Position numbers and translations under genes: made by a program. A DNA stretch of 64,000 bases from Nanobdellota archaeon (lineage in GTDB: Archaea; Nanobdellota; Nanobdellia; Woesearchaeales; SKGA01), in the NCBI GenBank assembly GCA_051819805.1, contig JBNJHD010000002.1, positions 63,754 to 127,753 of the forward strand, read 5' to 3'. How positions within the stretch are numbered: the first letter of the stretch is position 1; each line of letters begins with the position of its first letter. Below the pieces are notes generated by a model. It searched no databases. It was not told the origin of the DNA and was given only the letters and a program-made list of their open reading frames with translations. Positions 38,769 through 48,363 of this stretch are shown here, piece after piece.

Positions 38769-41340
38769 GGTTCTCCACTTTTTTTCTTTCTTTCGAGGTG
38801 TGAAATTGGCAGGGCGATTACCAGATTCGAAACGAGCACTCAGCTCAATGGGAACAATAGGGAGTATAGTGATAGTACTCATCATCATCGCGCTTCTGCT
38901 ATTCACGCTTTCAGATGTTTTTGATAAGGCAGAGAAAGGAACGGACTGCGAAGCTATTGGTGGTGTATGGTCTGAAGATTGCAATAAAGATTTTCTTATG
39001 CAAGCAGTAGCTTTCGGCGAGAAAGACGATAAGATATGCTGCTTGAAAAACATAGGGCTTTCTGAGAGTGAAGAAGAGCAGTTCGAGAAATGGTATGAAC
39101 AACAAGCTCAAAGTAGCGGATCAGCACAGTCCGGAAGCCAGCAAGCACGACCTCTCACGTCAGACCAATTCAGTGAGACTCAAGAAGACATCTATATGAT
39201 GTTCAATAATGAGGGCTGGCAAGGGAGTATGACTCTTTCAGAAGCTTCAAACCCTGATAATCACATAACGATAGATCCGGATGACAAGAATACTTTTGCA
39301 GCAGTCAATAACGACCAAGATATCGAACGATGCACTATGGGAATATACCCTGCAGAACCATTTATCGGAGAAGAATTCCGGCGAGATGGTAATACTCCAG
39401 TCTCAGGATTCCAAGTCCAACACCAACCATGCAATATACGAACAGGCATGCAATTCATCGGTATTCTCACAAAAGAAGGTTATTACAAGTGGGATGTGGA
39501 GTTATTCGATGAGAAAGGAGAACGGACAGGTTCCGCTACACGGATCATCCATGTCAAGGAAGGGATATCCTCTCCTTCAGGAGAAGGTATCAAGCAAAAG
39601 ATACTACCTGAGATACGGATCGTTGCCGAAAACAATTTTCGTAAATGCTTCGTTTCAGCACGCGTCATGAACCAAAGCCTTGAAACAGGAAAATATTTCG
39701 GAACAACAACTCCTTCAATCATAAAAGGATATTTCCTAACTGATAAAGAGATAAAGCAAGCAGCAGAGGAAGGGAAAAATATCTGTCCACGCGATCGATC
39801 AACATACAATGAGCCTGTTGACTTCGCAAACGGATGGGATGATATTATTGTCGATTTCAACGAACGCTCTGATTTACACACTGCTTGTTTCTACTTCAAA
39901 GAGTCGGAAACCAGAACCACAACAGGTGCTGATGAACTAGTAACGCTCAATCAAGATAGTTGCGATACGATTGAAGTGATTGATTACAAGCTATTTGAAG
40001 AGATATTCTATGAATGCTCCTACGATTGCGAGATGTATAAGAATCAACAAGTTTCTTGTAATGATAGGGAGTCACGAAACGACAGATGCAGACTATCTCT
40101 AGACTGCGAATGGGAGCAAGGTTTGTTCAAGAAAAACACATGCACGAACTGTCATGAGGATTTCAGTTTTTGCAAGGATTATGATAATGAGGAAGCGTGC
40201 ACATCAAACCAATGTATCATAGATCACAGCTGCTATTGGGAATCAGGTTTTCCGAAAGGAGAATGTAAGGACTGTGATGAGACTCCATCATGTAACGATT
40301 ATAACAGCAGTAAAGCTTGCGAGTCAAACCCTTGTGGTGTTGCAGGTGGAGAGGAAGGAATCTGTTCATGGGAAGATGGTGAATGTAAACTGGACTTGTC
40401 AGCTAGTGGTGGAGACAGCATGAAAACCTGCGATGAGATGAATCGGGGAGAATGTGAAGGAGCACAAGGCTGTCTCTGGGATGCAGCGTTTTTTGGCGGA
40501 GAATGCCAAGATTGTGCCGAGAGAGGAATTGATGATTGTGATTCCTACCCTGACAAAAATGCTTGTAAGCAAGATTATTGCAACATCGAATGCCAATGGG
40601 AAGGAAATGGGTTGTTCAGCTCTGGAGAATGTAATCCTGATGGTTTTTGCGAATCGGATGATGATTGCAACGAAGGCGAAATTTGTCATCAAGGAAAAAA
40701 CCGATGCAAGAAACCTAATGAAGAGATTGATACTGATCAGTTCAATGATCAAGATCCTGATGAAGATGTAGCTACAGAGAATTGTGTTGAGCACGGATGT
40801 GATTTTTCAACTGAACGAAAATGTCTTAGTGAAGGAGGAAAAGACTGTAAGGGTGTTCTAGGCTGTTACTGGATTGCAAATGTAGGTGGTCTTAGTGGAA
40901 GCGAATATTGTCAATCCTGTTCTTCGATCACTTCATGCAGTGATTACAAATACATGTATCCGTGTGACACTAACGAATGCTCTAATGTCAATGATAATTG
41001 TTTCTGGAATCCAGATGAGAATACTGCCTCGGGCAATTATTGTCAATCATGTAATGATATTATGATGTGTAATGATTATATTTCCGAATCAGCCTGTAAC
41101 AGGGATGCTTGTTCAATAGAATATGATTGCATGTGGAATCCTGACTCTCCAGAAAACATTTACGGTGATGGTTGTGTCAATTGCGCTAGGATGACTTGTC
41201 ACGACTATACTACTCAATCACTATGTGAGGAGAATTCATGCGGACTGAATGGCGACCTTGGTTGTGGATGGTCTCAGGATGGTTGTGAACAAGTAATCAG
41301 TGATAGTATTCCTCCCGACTCCGATAGTGCGAATGTCTGA
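38746..41340 (+). CDS. 864-aa pilin-like/surface protein with a C-terminal array of Cys-rich modules
   Basis: N-terminal KRALSSMGTIGSIVIVLIIIALLLF (the start could instead be ATG 38848). The N-terminal module GTDCEAIGG...KICCLK is paralogous to the preceding 94-aa protein. Residues about 450-860 hold more than 8 tandem C-x2-C...C-x-DY...AC-x-N-C...W-x...C modules. Confidence 0.5.
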   Translation: MMETQTDKVLHFFSFFRGVKLAGRLPDSKRALSSMGTIGSIVIVLIIIALLLFTLSDVFDKAEKGTDCEAIGGVWSEDCNKDFLMQAVAFGEKDDKICCLKNIGLSESEEEQFEKWYEQQAQSSGSAQSGSQQARPLTSDQFSETQEDIYMMFNNEGWQGSMTLSEASNPDNHITIDPDDKNTFAAVNNDQDIERCTMGIYPAEPFIGEEFRRDGNTPVSGFQVQHQPCNIRTGMQFIGILTKEGYYKWDVELFDEKGERTGSATRIIHVKEGISSPSGEGIKQKILPEIRIVAENNFRKCFVSARVMNQSLETGKYFGTTTPSIIKGYFLTDKEIKQAAEEGKNICPRDRSTYNEPVDFANGWDDIIVDFNERSDLHTACFYFKESETRTTTGADELVTLNQDSCDTIEVIDYKLFEEIFYECSYDCEMYKNQQVSCNDRESRNDRCRLSLDCEWEQGLFKKNTCTNCHEDFSFCKDYDNEEACTSNQCIIDHSCYWESGFPKGECKDCDETPSCNDYNSSKACESNPCGVAGGEEGICSWEDGECKLDLSASGGDSMKTCDEMNRGECEGAQGCLWDAAFFGGECQDCAERGIDDCDSYPDKNACKQDYCNIECQWEGNGLFSSGECNPDGFCESDDDCNEGEICHQGKNRCKKPNEEIDTDQFNDQDPDEDVATENCVEHGCDFSTERKCLSEGGKDCKGVLGCYWIANVGGLSGSEYCQSCSSITSCSDYKYMYPCDTNECSNVNDNCFWNPDENTASGNYCQSCNDIMMCNDYISESACNRDACSIEYDCMWNPDSPENIYGDGCVNCARMTCHDYTTQSLCEENSCGLNGDLGCGWSQDGCEQVISDSIPPDSDSANV

Positions 41341-41490
41341 AACCAAACCAGTCTTATCGAAACTAGTGATGTATAATGAAATGTATTCGAGAACTATACA
41401 AAAAAGCAATTATGAACGAGACTGTTATTATCATATTCTCAATACTATTATTCATAGCAGTAGCTGCAGCAATCATGAAGGTGAGATCGA

Positions 41491-42174
41491 ATGTTTTCGG
41501 GTAATAAGAAAGGATTCGATACTTGGCAAATCATTACTATAACTGTAGCAATCATCACCTTGATAGCTATTTCAAGTATATGGAATCAAGCTCATGGTTC
41601 AGTCAAAGAATCCTTTGATGGAGTCGCATGCAGAGCCACAATCCACGCTCACGATATCACAGACACAGTATTCACTCCAGGTATTGAAAAAAGCTGCGCG
41701 ACAAGAGAACGACGAATATCACTCAAGGATAAGACGAAAGACGACTTGATCAAAGAACTGGAGAAACTCATGGCAAACTCTTGGTTGATGGTCAATGAAG
41801 GTCGATCAGATGACCTTTGGGAAGAGGATGCTCCTTTGAAAAAAGCAGGCTACTCATGCATGGCAACAGATCACATCTTTTTCGAGGATGTCGATAAGAG
41901 AGATTTCGAAGAAGAAATGATCACCCCTGAAGAGATAAGAGCACATATGAAAGAATCATATAAGAATGACGATTACACGTATCACATGTATATACAAGGG
42001 CATGGTGGTGTAGGAACGTACAAGATAACAGACAATGTGACTTTCAATAATGAATATATAATTTCAATAGCAAGTCCTCACTTCAATATATTCACACGAG
42101 AAGACGAGTTTGCAACAGGACTCATCTTGAGCTCGCTTGAAACAGGAAAACAGATAGGGTGTAAGCTAGTATGA
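41491..42174 (+). CDS. class III signal peptide (pilin-like) protein
   Basis: MFSGNKKG|FDTWQIITITVAIITLIAISSIW. Confidence 0.5.
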   Translation: MFSGNKKGFDTWQIITITVAIITLIAISSIWNQAHGSVKESFDGVACRATIHAHDITDTVFTPGIEKSCATRERRISLKDKTKDDLIKELEKLMANSWLMVNEGRSDDLWEEDAPLKKAGYSCMATDHIFFEDVDKRDFEEEMITPEEIRAHMKESYKNDDYTYHMYIQGHGGVGTYKITDNVTFNNEYIISIASPHFNIFTREDEFATGLILSSLETGKQIGCKLV

Positions 42175-42377
42175 TAGACATACTCATTCAACAGATTATC
42201 GACACTGTCCGTCTCGGAAAGAAAGGGATGGAATTTCAAATGATACTGTATCTCATATTAGCTCTCGTAGGTTTTGTCGTCCTGCTTTCAATAATCCTGC
42301 ACGTCACTCAGGATAAAGGAGGAGAAGCACTGAGTGCTACTGATTCACTCTTGAAATCAATCACTGGAAAAGACTAG
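42171..42377 (+). CDS. small (68 aa) pilin-like protein
   Basis: ATGA start/stop overlap with the upstream gene; LGKKG|MEFQMILYLILALVGFVVLLSII. Confidence 0.45.
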   Translation: MIDILIQQIIDTVRLGKKGMEFQMILYLILALVGFVVLLSIILHVTQDKGGEALSATDSLLKSITGKD

Positions 42378-42401
42378 ATGACATAAAGGTGCCAATACAA
42401 T

Positions 42402-44144
42402 ATGGATACGAGAATTATGGTAGGGGCGATGATTTTTATCATAGTTGCACTACTCAGTATTTCATTCATGACCTCAACAGGAGAGGATTCAAAAGGTTTG
42501 ATAGATAAATCGCTCAACACATCAAAATTATTCCCTGAAGATCTGAGAAGTGATGATTATTACCGTGATGATATTTCAGTACCTGTCTCTGTTGTCGAAT
42601 ATACATATGCCTTTGCAAAAGCAGCTTTTGATGACGAGTTCTATTATCAGAAAGGAGTTGCTGAAGGAGATGGAAAAATACTATTACTCCCTAATCCTCC
42701 AGACCTCTCGAAAAACCGTTATGATAAACGATACGTCCTGCGTATAATCCAGGATAATGATGATATAGAGATAGAATTATACGATACGGAAACAACACAA
42801 GAGCACCGATTACAAGACTTGTACCCTGACAGCGATTTCCGATTTCTCAAAGATAAGAAATTAGCTATCGTGTCGGAATTCTGTGGTTATGAAAGCACTA
42901 CATTCAAGGATATGATGGAAGCAGATATTACTTCTCAACCTCTTTCTCTTGATTCGACCAATTATATTGACAATAATGATGAGGATATGATTGAATTCTT
43001 CATTTCAGATGATAATACGTTAGTTCAAGATTATAGTGAAATTAATTTAGAATCAAAACATGAAGATTTCTCTAGAGTTGTTGACTCTGAAGAAATTTTT
43101 TACGGTGGTGATGAACACGGTCTGTTAACCTATATTAAAAAGACTGATGATGGTGAAGGAACTGTCGTGCTAACGCCAACTGCACACAGGAGTACTAGTT
43201 TGTCTTTTTATTCAGAAATTGATGATTTTAAATCTACCATTGATAAGAGGTTGTTTGGAAATTGTATGGATCAATCGTTCGTTTCTAATGCAATTTCTGA
43301 AGGATATTTTAAAACAGAAGCTATAGAAAAAATAGAAGATGTCGCAGAACAACATTTTGAAGAATATTTTTCAAACATCCTCACTAAAAACTATGGTAAT
43401 AACAATCTCTATCCGAACGGAACGCTCGTATATCAACAGGAATCATTTCCAAATCGTTACAAATCATTATTATTATCGCAAACTGATTCTGAAATGGAAT
43501 ATACAAAACAAATTTTATTCACTTTTGATAGCAGGCTAAAGAATAATGATTATGTTTTCAATGTTTATATGGTCTCCCCTTACAAGAAAGTACGTGAGGG
43601 TACTGCCAAATCATTGATTAAAATAGCTAGCTTTAAAATGAGTGAACCAGTTCAACCTATTTTATTACCTCCGGGCTATTCATCATCACCCTATAAAACA
43701 GTCAATCTTCTTTCTTTCATTTCTTCTCCTGATTTTATGGTATACGATGATTCGAATGATGATCTTTCTTCTCTAGTAACACCTGGTGAAGTTTATTCAT
43801 CCAATGAGGAGAAGATGTCTGCTTTTTTTGATAGTGTTTCAGAATCATATGTTATTGATAAGGAAATTGTAGTTTTACCTATTACTTATTCGAAACCCTT
43901 ATACTTGTATAACACTAATATCATATTCTTTGACGATTTTGATTATGATGATAATTTCATATGCTATAAGAATATGCAAACACCATCTCTTTATATCGGT
44001 GATAGGGACAAATTGAAAAGAAAAGACTACTGTGACTTATCAGGTTCCGAAGAAGAATCATTCCACTCAACAATTTATTATTCTGCATTCGATCAAATCA
44101 AAAAAAATCCTGATCTGGTCAGATGCGAGGTGATACAAACATGA
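42402..44144 (+). CDS. 580-aa secreted protein with an N-terminal signal anchor
   Basis: MDTRIMVGAMIFIIVALLSISFMTS, then an acidic, D/E/Y-rich ectodomain. Confidence 0.45.
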   Translation: MDTRIMVGAMIFIIVALLSISFMTSTGEDSKGLIDKSLNTSKLFPEDLRSDDYYRDDISVPVSVVEYTYAFAKAAFDDEFYYQKGVAEGDGKILLLPNPPDLSKNRYDKRYVLRIIQDNDDIEIELYDTETTQEHRLQDLYPDSDFRFLKDKKLAIVSEFCGYESTTFKDMMEADITSQPLSLDSTNYIDNNDEDMIEFFISDDNTLVQDYSEINLESKHEDFSRVVDSEEIFYGGDEHGLLTYIKKTDDGEGTVVLTPTAHRSTSLSFYSEIDDFKSTIDKRLFGNCMDQSFVSNAISEGYFKTEAIEKIEDVAEQHFEEYFSNILTKNYGNNNLYPNGTLVYQQESFPNRYKSLLLSQTDSEMEYTKQILFTFDSRLKNNDYVFNVYMVSPYKKVREGTAKSLIKIASFKMSEPVQPILLPPGYSSSPYKTVNLLSFISSPDFMVYDDSNDDLSSLVTPGEVYSSNEEKMSAFFDSVSESYVIDKEIVVLPITYSKPLYLYNTNIIFFDDFDYDDNFICYKNMQTPSLYIGDRDKLKRKDYCDLSGSEEESFHSTIYYSAFDQIKKNPDLVRCEVIQT

Positions 44145-44638
44145 TATTCAATAAAAAGAAAGCATCAAGCTCAACATATATCATACTAGGGGTTGTTATG
44201 ATGATTATACTAATCCTGCTGTCTTTGGCTTTAACTACAGATGTTTTCGGAAAAACTTCTGATTCAACAGATTCAATTTTCAAAAAGACCAATGAAGCTA
44301 TCGATGAAGGGAATCTGGACTCGTTCACAAATAATAACAAGTGCTCTGATGAAGACAAGAACTATTATTCTCTTGACAATAAACTCACAGGAGTCTTTGG
44401 TAATCAGGCAGGCAAGGTAGAAAAAATACATCGGGAAGACCTCGAAGCAATAAAAAAGTATCTCGATCAAGAAATTGGTGATAGTGCTCCACTAGAATTC
44501 ACTGATAGGGATAATCTTAATGACCTGCTGGTTGATGATGTCTCAAAAGAAGCTTTTTGCCCGACAGTAGATGAGGATAGCGAGTGTGATTTCAAACAGT
44601 TCGAAGAAACATTCCAACCTGAAGAGATATGTGGCTGA
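44141..44638 (+). CDS. class III signal peptide (pilin-like) protein
   Basis: The ORF-track frame starts at 44123. ATG 44141 gives an ATGA overlap with the upstream stop: MIFNKKKA|SSSTYIILGVVMMIILILLSLAL. Confidence 0.45.
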   Translation: MIFNKKKASSSTYIILGVVMMIILILLSLALTTDVFGKTSDSTDSIFKKTNEAIDEGNLDSFTNNNKCSDEDKNYYSLDNKLTGVFGNQAGKVEKIHREDLEAIKKYLDQEIGDSAPLEFTDRDNLNDLLVDDVSKEAFCPTVDEDSECDFKQFEETFQPEEICG

Positions 44639-44658
44639 AATAAGTATTTATACTGTGA

Positions 44659-46296
44659 TTGATGATGGATAAAGAGGTGACAAAGAAAGGGGCAACACTA
44701 TCACTAGTTGCTATCATGAGCATTATCATGTCGGTAATCATAGGCTATGCTGTCTTTTCAGGAATAAGCAATTATTACGGTGATCAGAAAACAGATCATA
44801 GTAACCGTCTTGACACGTTCAACGAAATCATTTCTGAAGTACATTACAACAACAATCTCCAGAAAGATAAATATACCATTTATGTCGAACCTTACGAGAT
44901 GTACATGTTCTTTTCAACAGGGAATGAACCAATACGATTATCAGCGACCTTTGACGGAAAAACAAAGAACATACTTCTAGAACGACCCAGCTACGCAGAT
45001 GAGTGCAATTCCAGCGCTTGCATCTGCTATTGCAAGCAAGGACCATACTGGGATCAAACTACTGATGAAGATGAGAATATCATAAGAAGGCCTCTTTCTG
45101 GCTTGACATTCACACAATCATCGATGAGTAGAGGATATCTTTGTCATAGCATGACTTGCCAATCAGTAAATCCTGAAGATACTGTGTTTTTCAATTCCAG
45201 AGGGTATGATAAAGAATATGCAGATGCTCTTACAACGTCTTATTTACGACTACACGATCCTGACCTCTCAGAAGAAGAACAAAGCTGGGATACGCTAGGA
45301 GAGAAGATGAAAACATCAACAGGGATGCCCTTTGACGTCATTATACTCAGCTCACGTTTTGGAAAAAAAGTCATTTCTTCTGCTTTCAACACTGGTGTTC
45401 TTGAATCCTTAGGAAACGAGCTGGAAGGTTTCTGGTATGCGATGGTCTTGTTGTTTTCAAGTGGGGATGTGAAGGAAGAGGCAGCAAATAAGGTATATCT
45501 CAATGAATTGGAAAAAAACATCGGCCCTGATGATATTATTGAAGTGCTTGCTACTAATTTCAACTGGGATGGCGGTATAGCTATCGGCGGAACTGGAATG
45601 CCAAAGACAAAAAAAGATCTGAAAGAAGGAAATCTTCGTGGAGTGGTCATCCCGCTTACGTTCCAGAAATCTAATGAGATTGAAAATGGGATAGCGATAT
45701 GTCCGGCTGACAATTGCCTATTTGAGAAGGCACAGCAACATTTCGCTGAGAAGGCAAAACAATACAAGGCTTCAGAAACTATCGATCGTAGAATACATGA
45801 TTATAATCAATTCATTGACCGGTCTTTTCTGAATTGTATGAAAGACTATCCTTCTGAAAAATGCATCTCCGAGTTCCAGATAGAAACTATTGACTTTATT
45901 CAAGATCTCCATGAACACTCCATTCTCTATGACAGTGACAAGTTCGCTATCGAAATATATTTCACGAAGATAGAAGAACCAGATAGTGAACAATTGACGA
46001 ATATGACTGTGAAACGAACCATCGGTTCTCAAACAGAACCACTTATAGAAAAAATCCTTCCAATACCATTTCCGTATATACATCCAATTTCAGACTCTCC
46101 TGGAGGTGTTTCTACAATCGCAAACTCTCCACTTATCATTACTGATGTAAACGAGGAAACTCTCTATTTCACACTTGAAGGTCATGCTGATAATGCTTTT
46201 GATATGGAACTCAAGGAATTGGAAGATAGTGAATATACGATTACGTTCACTGAAATTCCCAACAAACATAGTATTGCTATACAGACCATGCCCTGA
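44659..46296 (+). CDS. 545-aa class III signal peptide (pilin-like) protein
   Basis: MMMDKEVTKKG|ATLSLVAIMSIIMSVIIGYAVF, a canonical KG|A prepilin junction. Confidence 0.5.
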   Translation: MMMDKEVTKKGATLSLVAIMSIIMSVIIGYAVFSGISNYYGDQKTDHSNRLDTFNEIISEVHYNNNLQKDKYTIYVEPYEMYMFFSTGNEPIRLSATFDGKTKNILLERPSYADECNSSACICYCKQGPYWDQTTDEDENIIRRPLSGLTFTQSSMSRGYLCHSMTCQSVNPEDTVFFNSRGYDKEYADALTTSYLRLHDPDLSEEEQSWDTLGEKMKTSTGMPFDVIILSSRFGKKVISSAFNTGVLESLGNELEGFWYAMVLLFSSGDVKEEAANKVYLNELEKNIGPDDIIEVLATNFNWDGGIAIGGTGMPKTKKDLKEGNLRGVVIPLTFQKSNEIENGIAICPADNCLFEKAQQHFAEKAKQYKASETIDRRIHDYNQFIDRSFLNCMKDYPSEKCISEFQIETIDFIQDLHEHSILYDSDKFAIEIYFTKIEEPDSEQLTNMTVKRTIGSQTEPLIEKILPIPFPYIHPISDSPGGVSTIANSPLIITDVNEETLYFTLEGHADNAFDMELKELEDSEYTITFTEIPNKHSIAIQTMP

Positions 46297-46329
46297 ATGC
46301 TCATGCGATAAAAATGACGGTAGTTCAAG

Positions 46330-47232
46330 ATGAGAAAAAAACTTTCGAAGAACAAGAAAGCTTCCTGGCCAGTTCTCATAATTATGGATCTCATCGTAGC
46401 AGTCATGATCATACTTATCCTCGTTGGAATCTATGAGATATTCACTGATGAATCTCAAGTTGATAACATCGCAATGGCAAGGGATGTAGCAACACTTGTT
46501 GATGCTGTTCATGCAACAGAACGGGACTTGATATATAGTTATCCTGAAAGTTTCTATGAAAAAGACTTATTCTTCAACCGGACGAAGATACTCGTTACAA
46601 AAGATGTCTCTGGAATGTCAGGAAAACTTGCTTCACTACGATTTCTCTCATCCTATCCTGTTCACTTGAGTGATTTCATAACGATCAATGCTGTACGTAC
46701 AATAGACGGTGCAAAAATAATTCTTGAAAAAAAAGATCGAGAACTATCGATAATATCAGAACGATCATTTCACCGTGATGAAGAGACCATACCAACTTCA
46801 TCGCTAACACGAGAACAAATCACTCTTGACATTCTCACTGAAAAAAACACGCACTCAGTACAACAAGATTTGGCCAATGCCATTGACGCACAACTAGAAA
46901 TTGAACAGTTCAACGTATCATCAAATAGACCTACTGCAAGTATCATCATGGCTTCAAAGAGTGAAGGACGAATAACGATATATTATGAAGAAACACATAA
47001 GAAATCGATGGAACCGATAGCAGAGATACTCATATCATATCTTGAAAAATCAGATGATCTTGCAGTGACAAGCCAACCACTCCAATATACTCACGATACT
47101 CATTTGGCATCTATCAAGATAGCGATACCTGAAACAGTAGATTATCAAGATTATTTCATGAATCAAAACAACAAAGATGCATTTGTAGAACGAATTATCT
47201 ATTCACTCAAACAATATTATCCGACACAATGA
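46330..47232 (+). CDS. class III signal peptide (pilin-like) protein
   Basis: MRKKLSKNKKA|SWPVLIIMDLIVAVMIILILVGIY. Confidence 0.45.
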   Translation: MRKKLSKNKKASWPVLIIMDLIVAVMIILILVGIYEIFTDESQVDNIAMARDVATLVDAVHATERDLIYSYPESFYEKDLFFNRTKILVTKDVSGMSGKLASLRFLSSYPVHLSDFITINAVRTIDGAKIILEKKDRELSIISERSFHRDEETIPTSSLTREQITLDILTEKNTHSVQQDLANAIDAQLEIEQFNVSSNRPTASIIMASKSEGRITIYYEETHKKSMEPIAEILISYLEKSDDLAVTSQPLQYTHDTHLASIKIAIPETVDYQDYFMNQNNKDAFVERIIYSLKQYYPTQ

Positions 47233-47717
47233 AACAACTATTCCAAAGCAGGAAAGGGTCTGATGGCGATGCGTATGTCTCACAAGAGAAACCATTCAAA
47301 TTCATCGCATTCATCGTTATCATAACAGGAGTGCTTATCGTATTTCTTGCTTACGGGAGCAACTTCATGGATGCAGTAGCACATGTGGATGAAAATCTCG
47401 AAGCGGAAATAATGATAGAGAGAATGCAAAACGTCTGCTTTGCTGCAAGAGATCCATACACACTCCAACCCCAAGAGAATATTCTGGAGTATAGGAAGAT
47501 AAACCGCAAAACTCTTCAACGATGTTTTTCAAGTGATAATATTCCAACAATGATCATATCAATAGATCTGCTTGATGAACATACGAAACAAGAAATCAAC
47601 TTCAACCCAAGCTATATGAAAATAGGATCAGGATCGACAGAACGAGATTATGTCAGATACACCGTAATCAAGATTGATGGGGAATCATATCCTGGAGAAC
47701 TGCGAGTGAAAATATGA
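47229..47717 (+). CDS. pilin-like/signal-anchored protein
   Basis: ATGA overlap with the upstream gene; SRKG|SDGDAYVSQEKPFKFIAFIVIITGVLIVFLAY. Confidence 0.4.
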   Translation: MKQLFQSRKGSDGDAYVSQEKPFKFIAFIVIITGVLIVFLAYGSNFMDAVAHVDENLEAEIMIERMQNVCFAARDPYTLQPQENILEYRKINRKTLQRCFSSDNIPTMIISIDLLDEHTKQEINFNPSYMKIGSGSTERDYVRYTVIKIDGESYPGELRVKI

Positions 47718-48352
47718 GAGGAAAAAAGGCTCAACACGAGATGGATCTCACTTCCCTAGCTGCAGGTCTTGTCTTCATTATAATAGCATTCATCATATTT
47801 TCGCAAGTTGCTGATAATATCAGAATGAGTAGTGAAGAAAGAACTCTCCAAGAGGAAATGGAGCTAGGAGTTTCCAGGCACTTAAGAACGTTGCTTGAAT
47901 CCCCTGCAGATTATCAGGGATCGAAAGTGAAAGTTTCAGAACTCATACAGGATTATTACTATTATTATCTTCAGCAAGAAGAAGATGTTTGCGAGATACA
48001 TAGTTGTAGTGATCACATGATTCTCATAAAAAAATCAATACAAGAAAGTGTTGATCATTCATCAAGACTACTTGAAGGAAACAAGGATATCAATACATAT
48101 CTGATGAAAGCAGACGATCCTGAGATAACGCTAGGGGAAGTCACGTATGATGTAGATCCCCACTCTCGAAGTTGCAGCAGAAATGACGATGAGTCTTATT
48201 ATTGTGTTGGAGGAACTGTCTTCTCCTCTGACGCAGTGTTTTTACCATTACGAACTCACGAGTCACTTTCAGGATATGATGAGTATGTTATTGTGTTCGT
48301 CTTCGGACTTTATGACGTTGAAGCACAAGCCAGTTACTCGAAAATCGTTTGA
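47714..48352 (+). CDS. class III signal peptide (pilin-like) protein
   Basis: ATGA overlap; MRGKKA|QHEMDLTSLAAGLVFIIIAFIIF shares the K-A-Q motif. Confidence 0.45.
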   Translation: MRGKKAQHEMDLTSLAAGLVFIIIAFIIFSQVADNIRMSSEERTLQEEMELGVSRHLRTLLESPADYQGSKVKVSELIQDYYYYYLQQEEDVCEIHSCSDHMILIKKSIQESVDHSSRLLEGNKDINTYLMKADDPEITLGEVTYDVDPHSRSCSRNDDESYYCVGGTVFSSDAVFLPLRTHESLSGYDEYVIVFVFGLYDVEAQASYSKIV

Positions 48353-48363
48353 ACACTAAAAAA

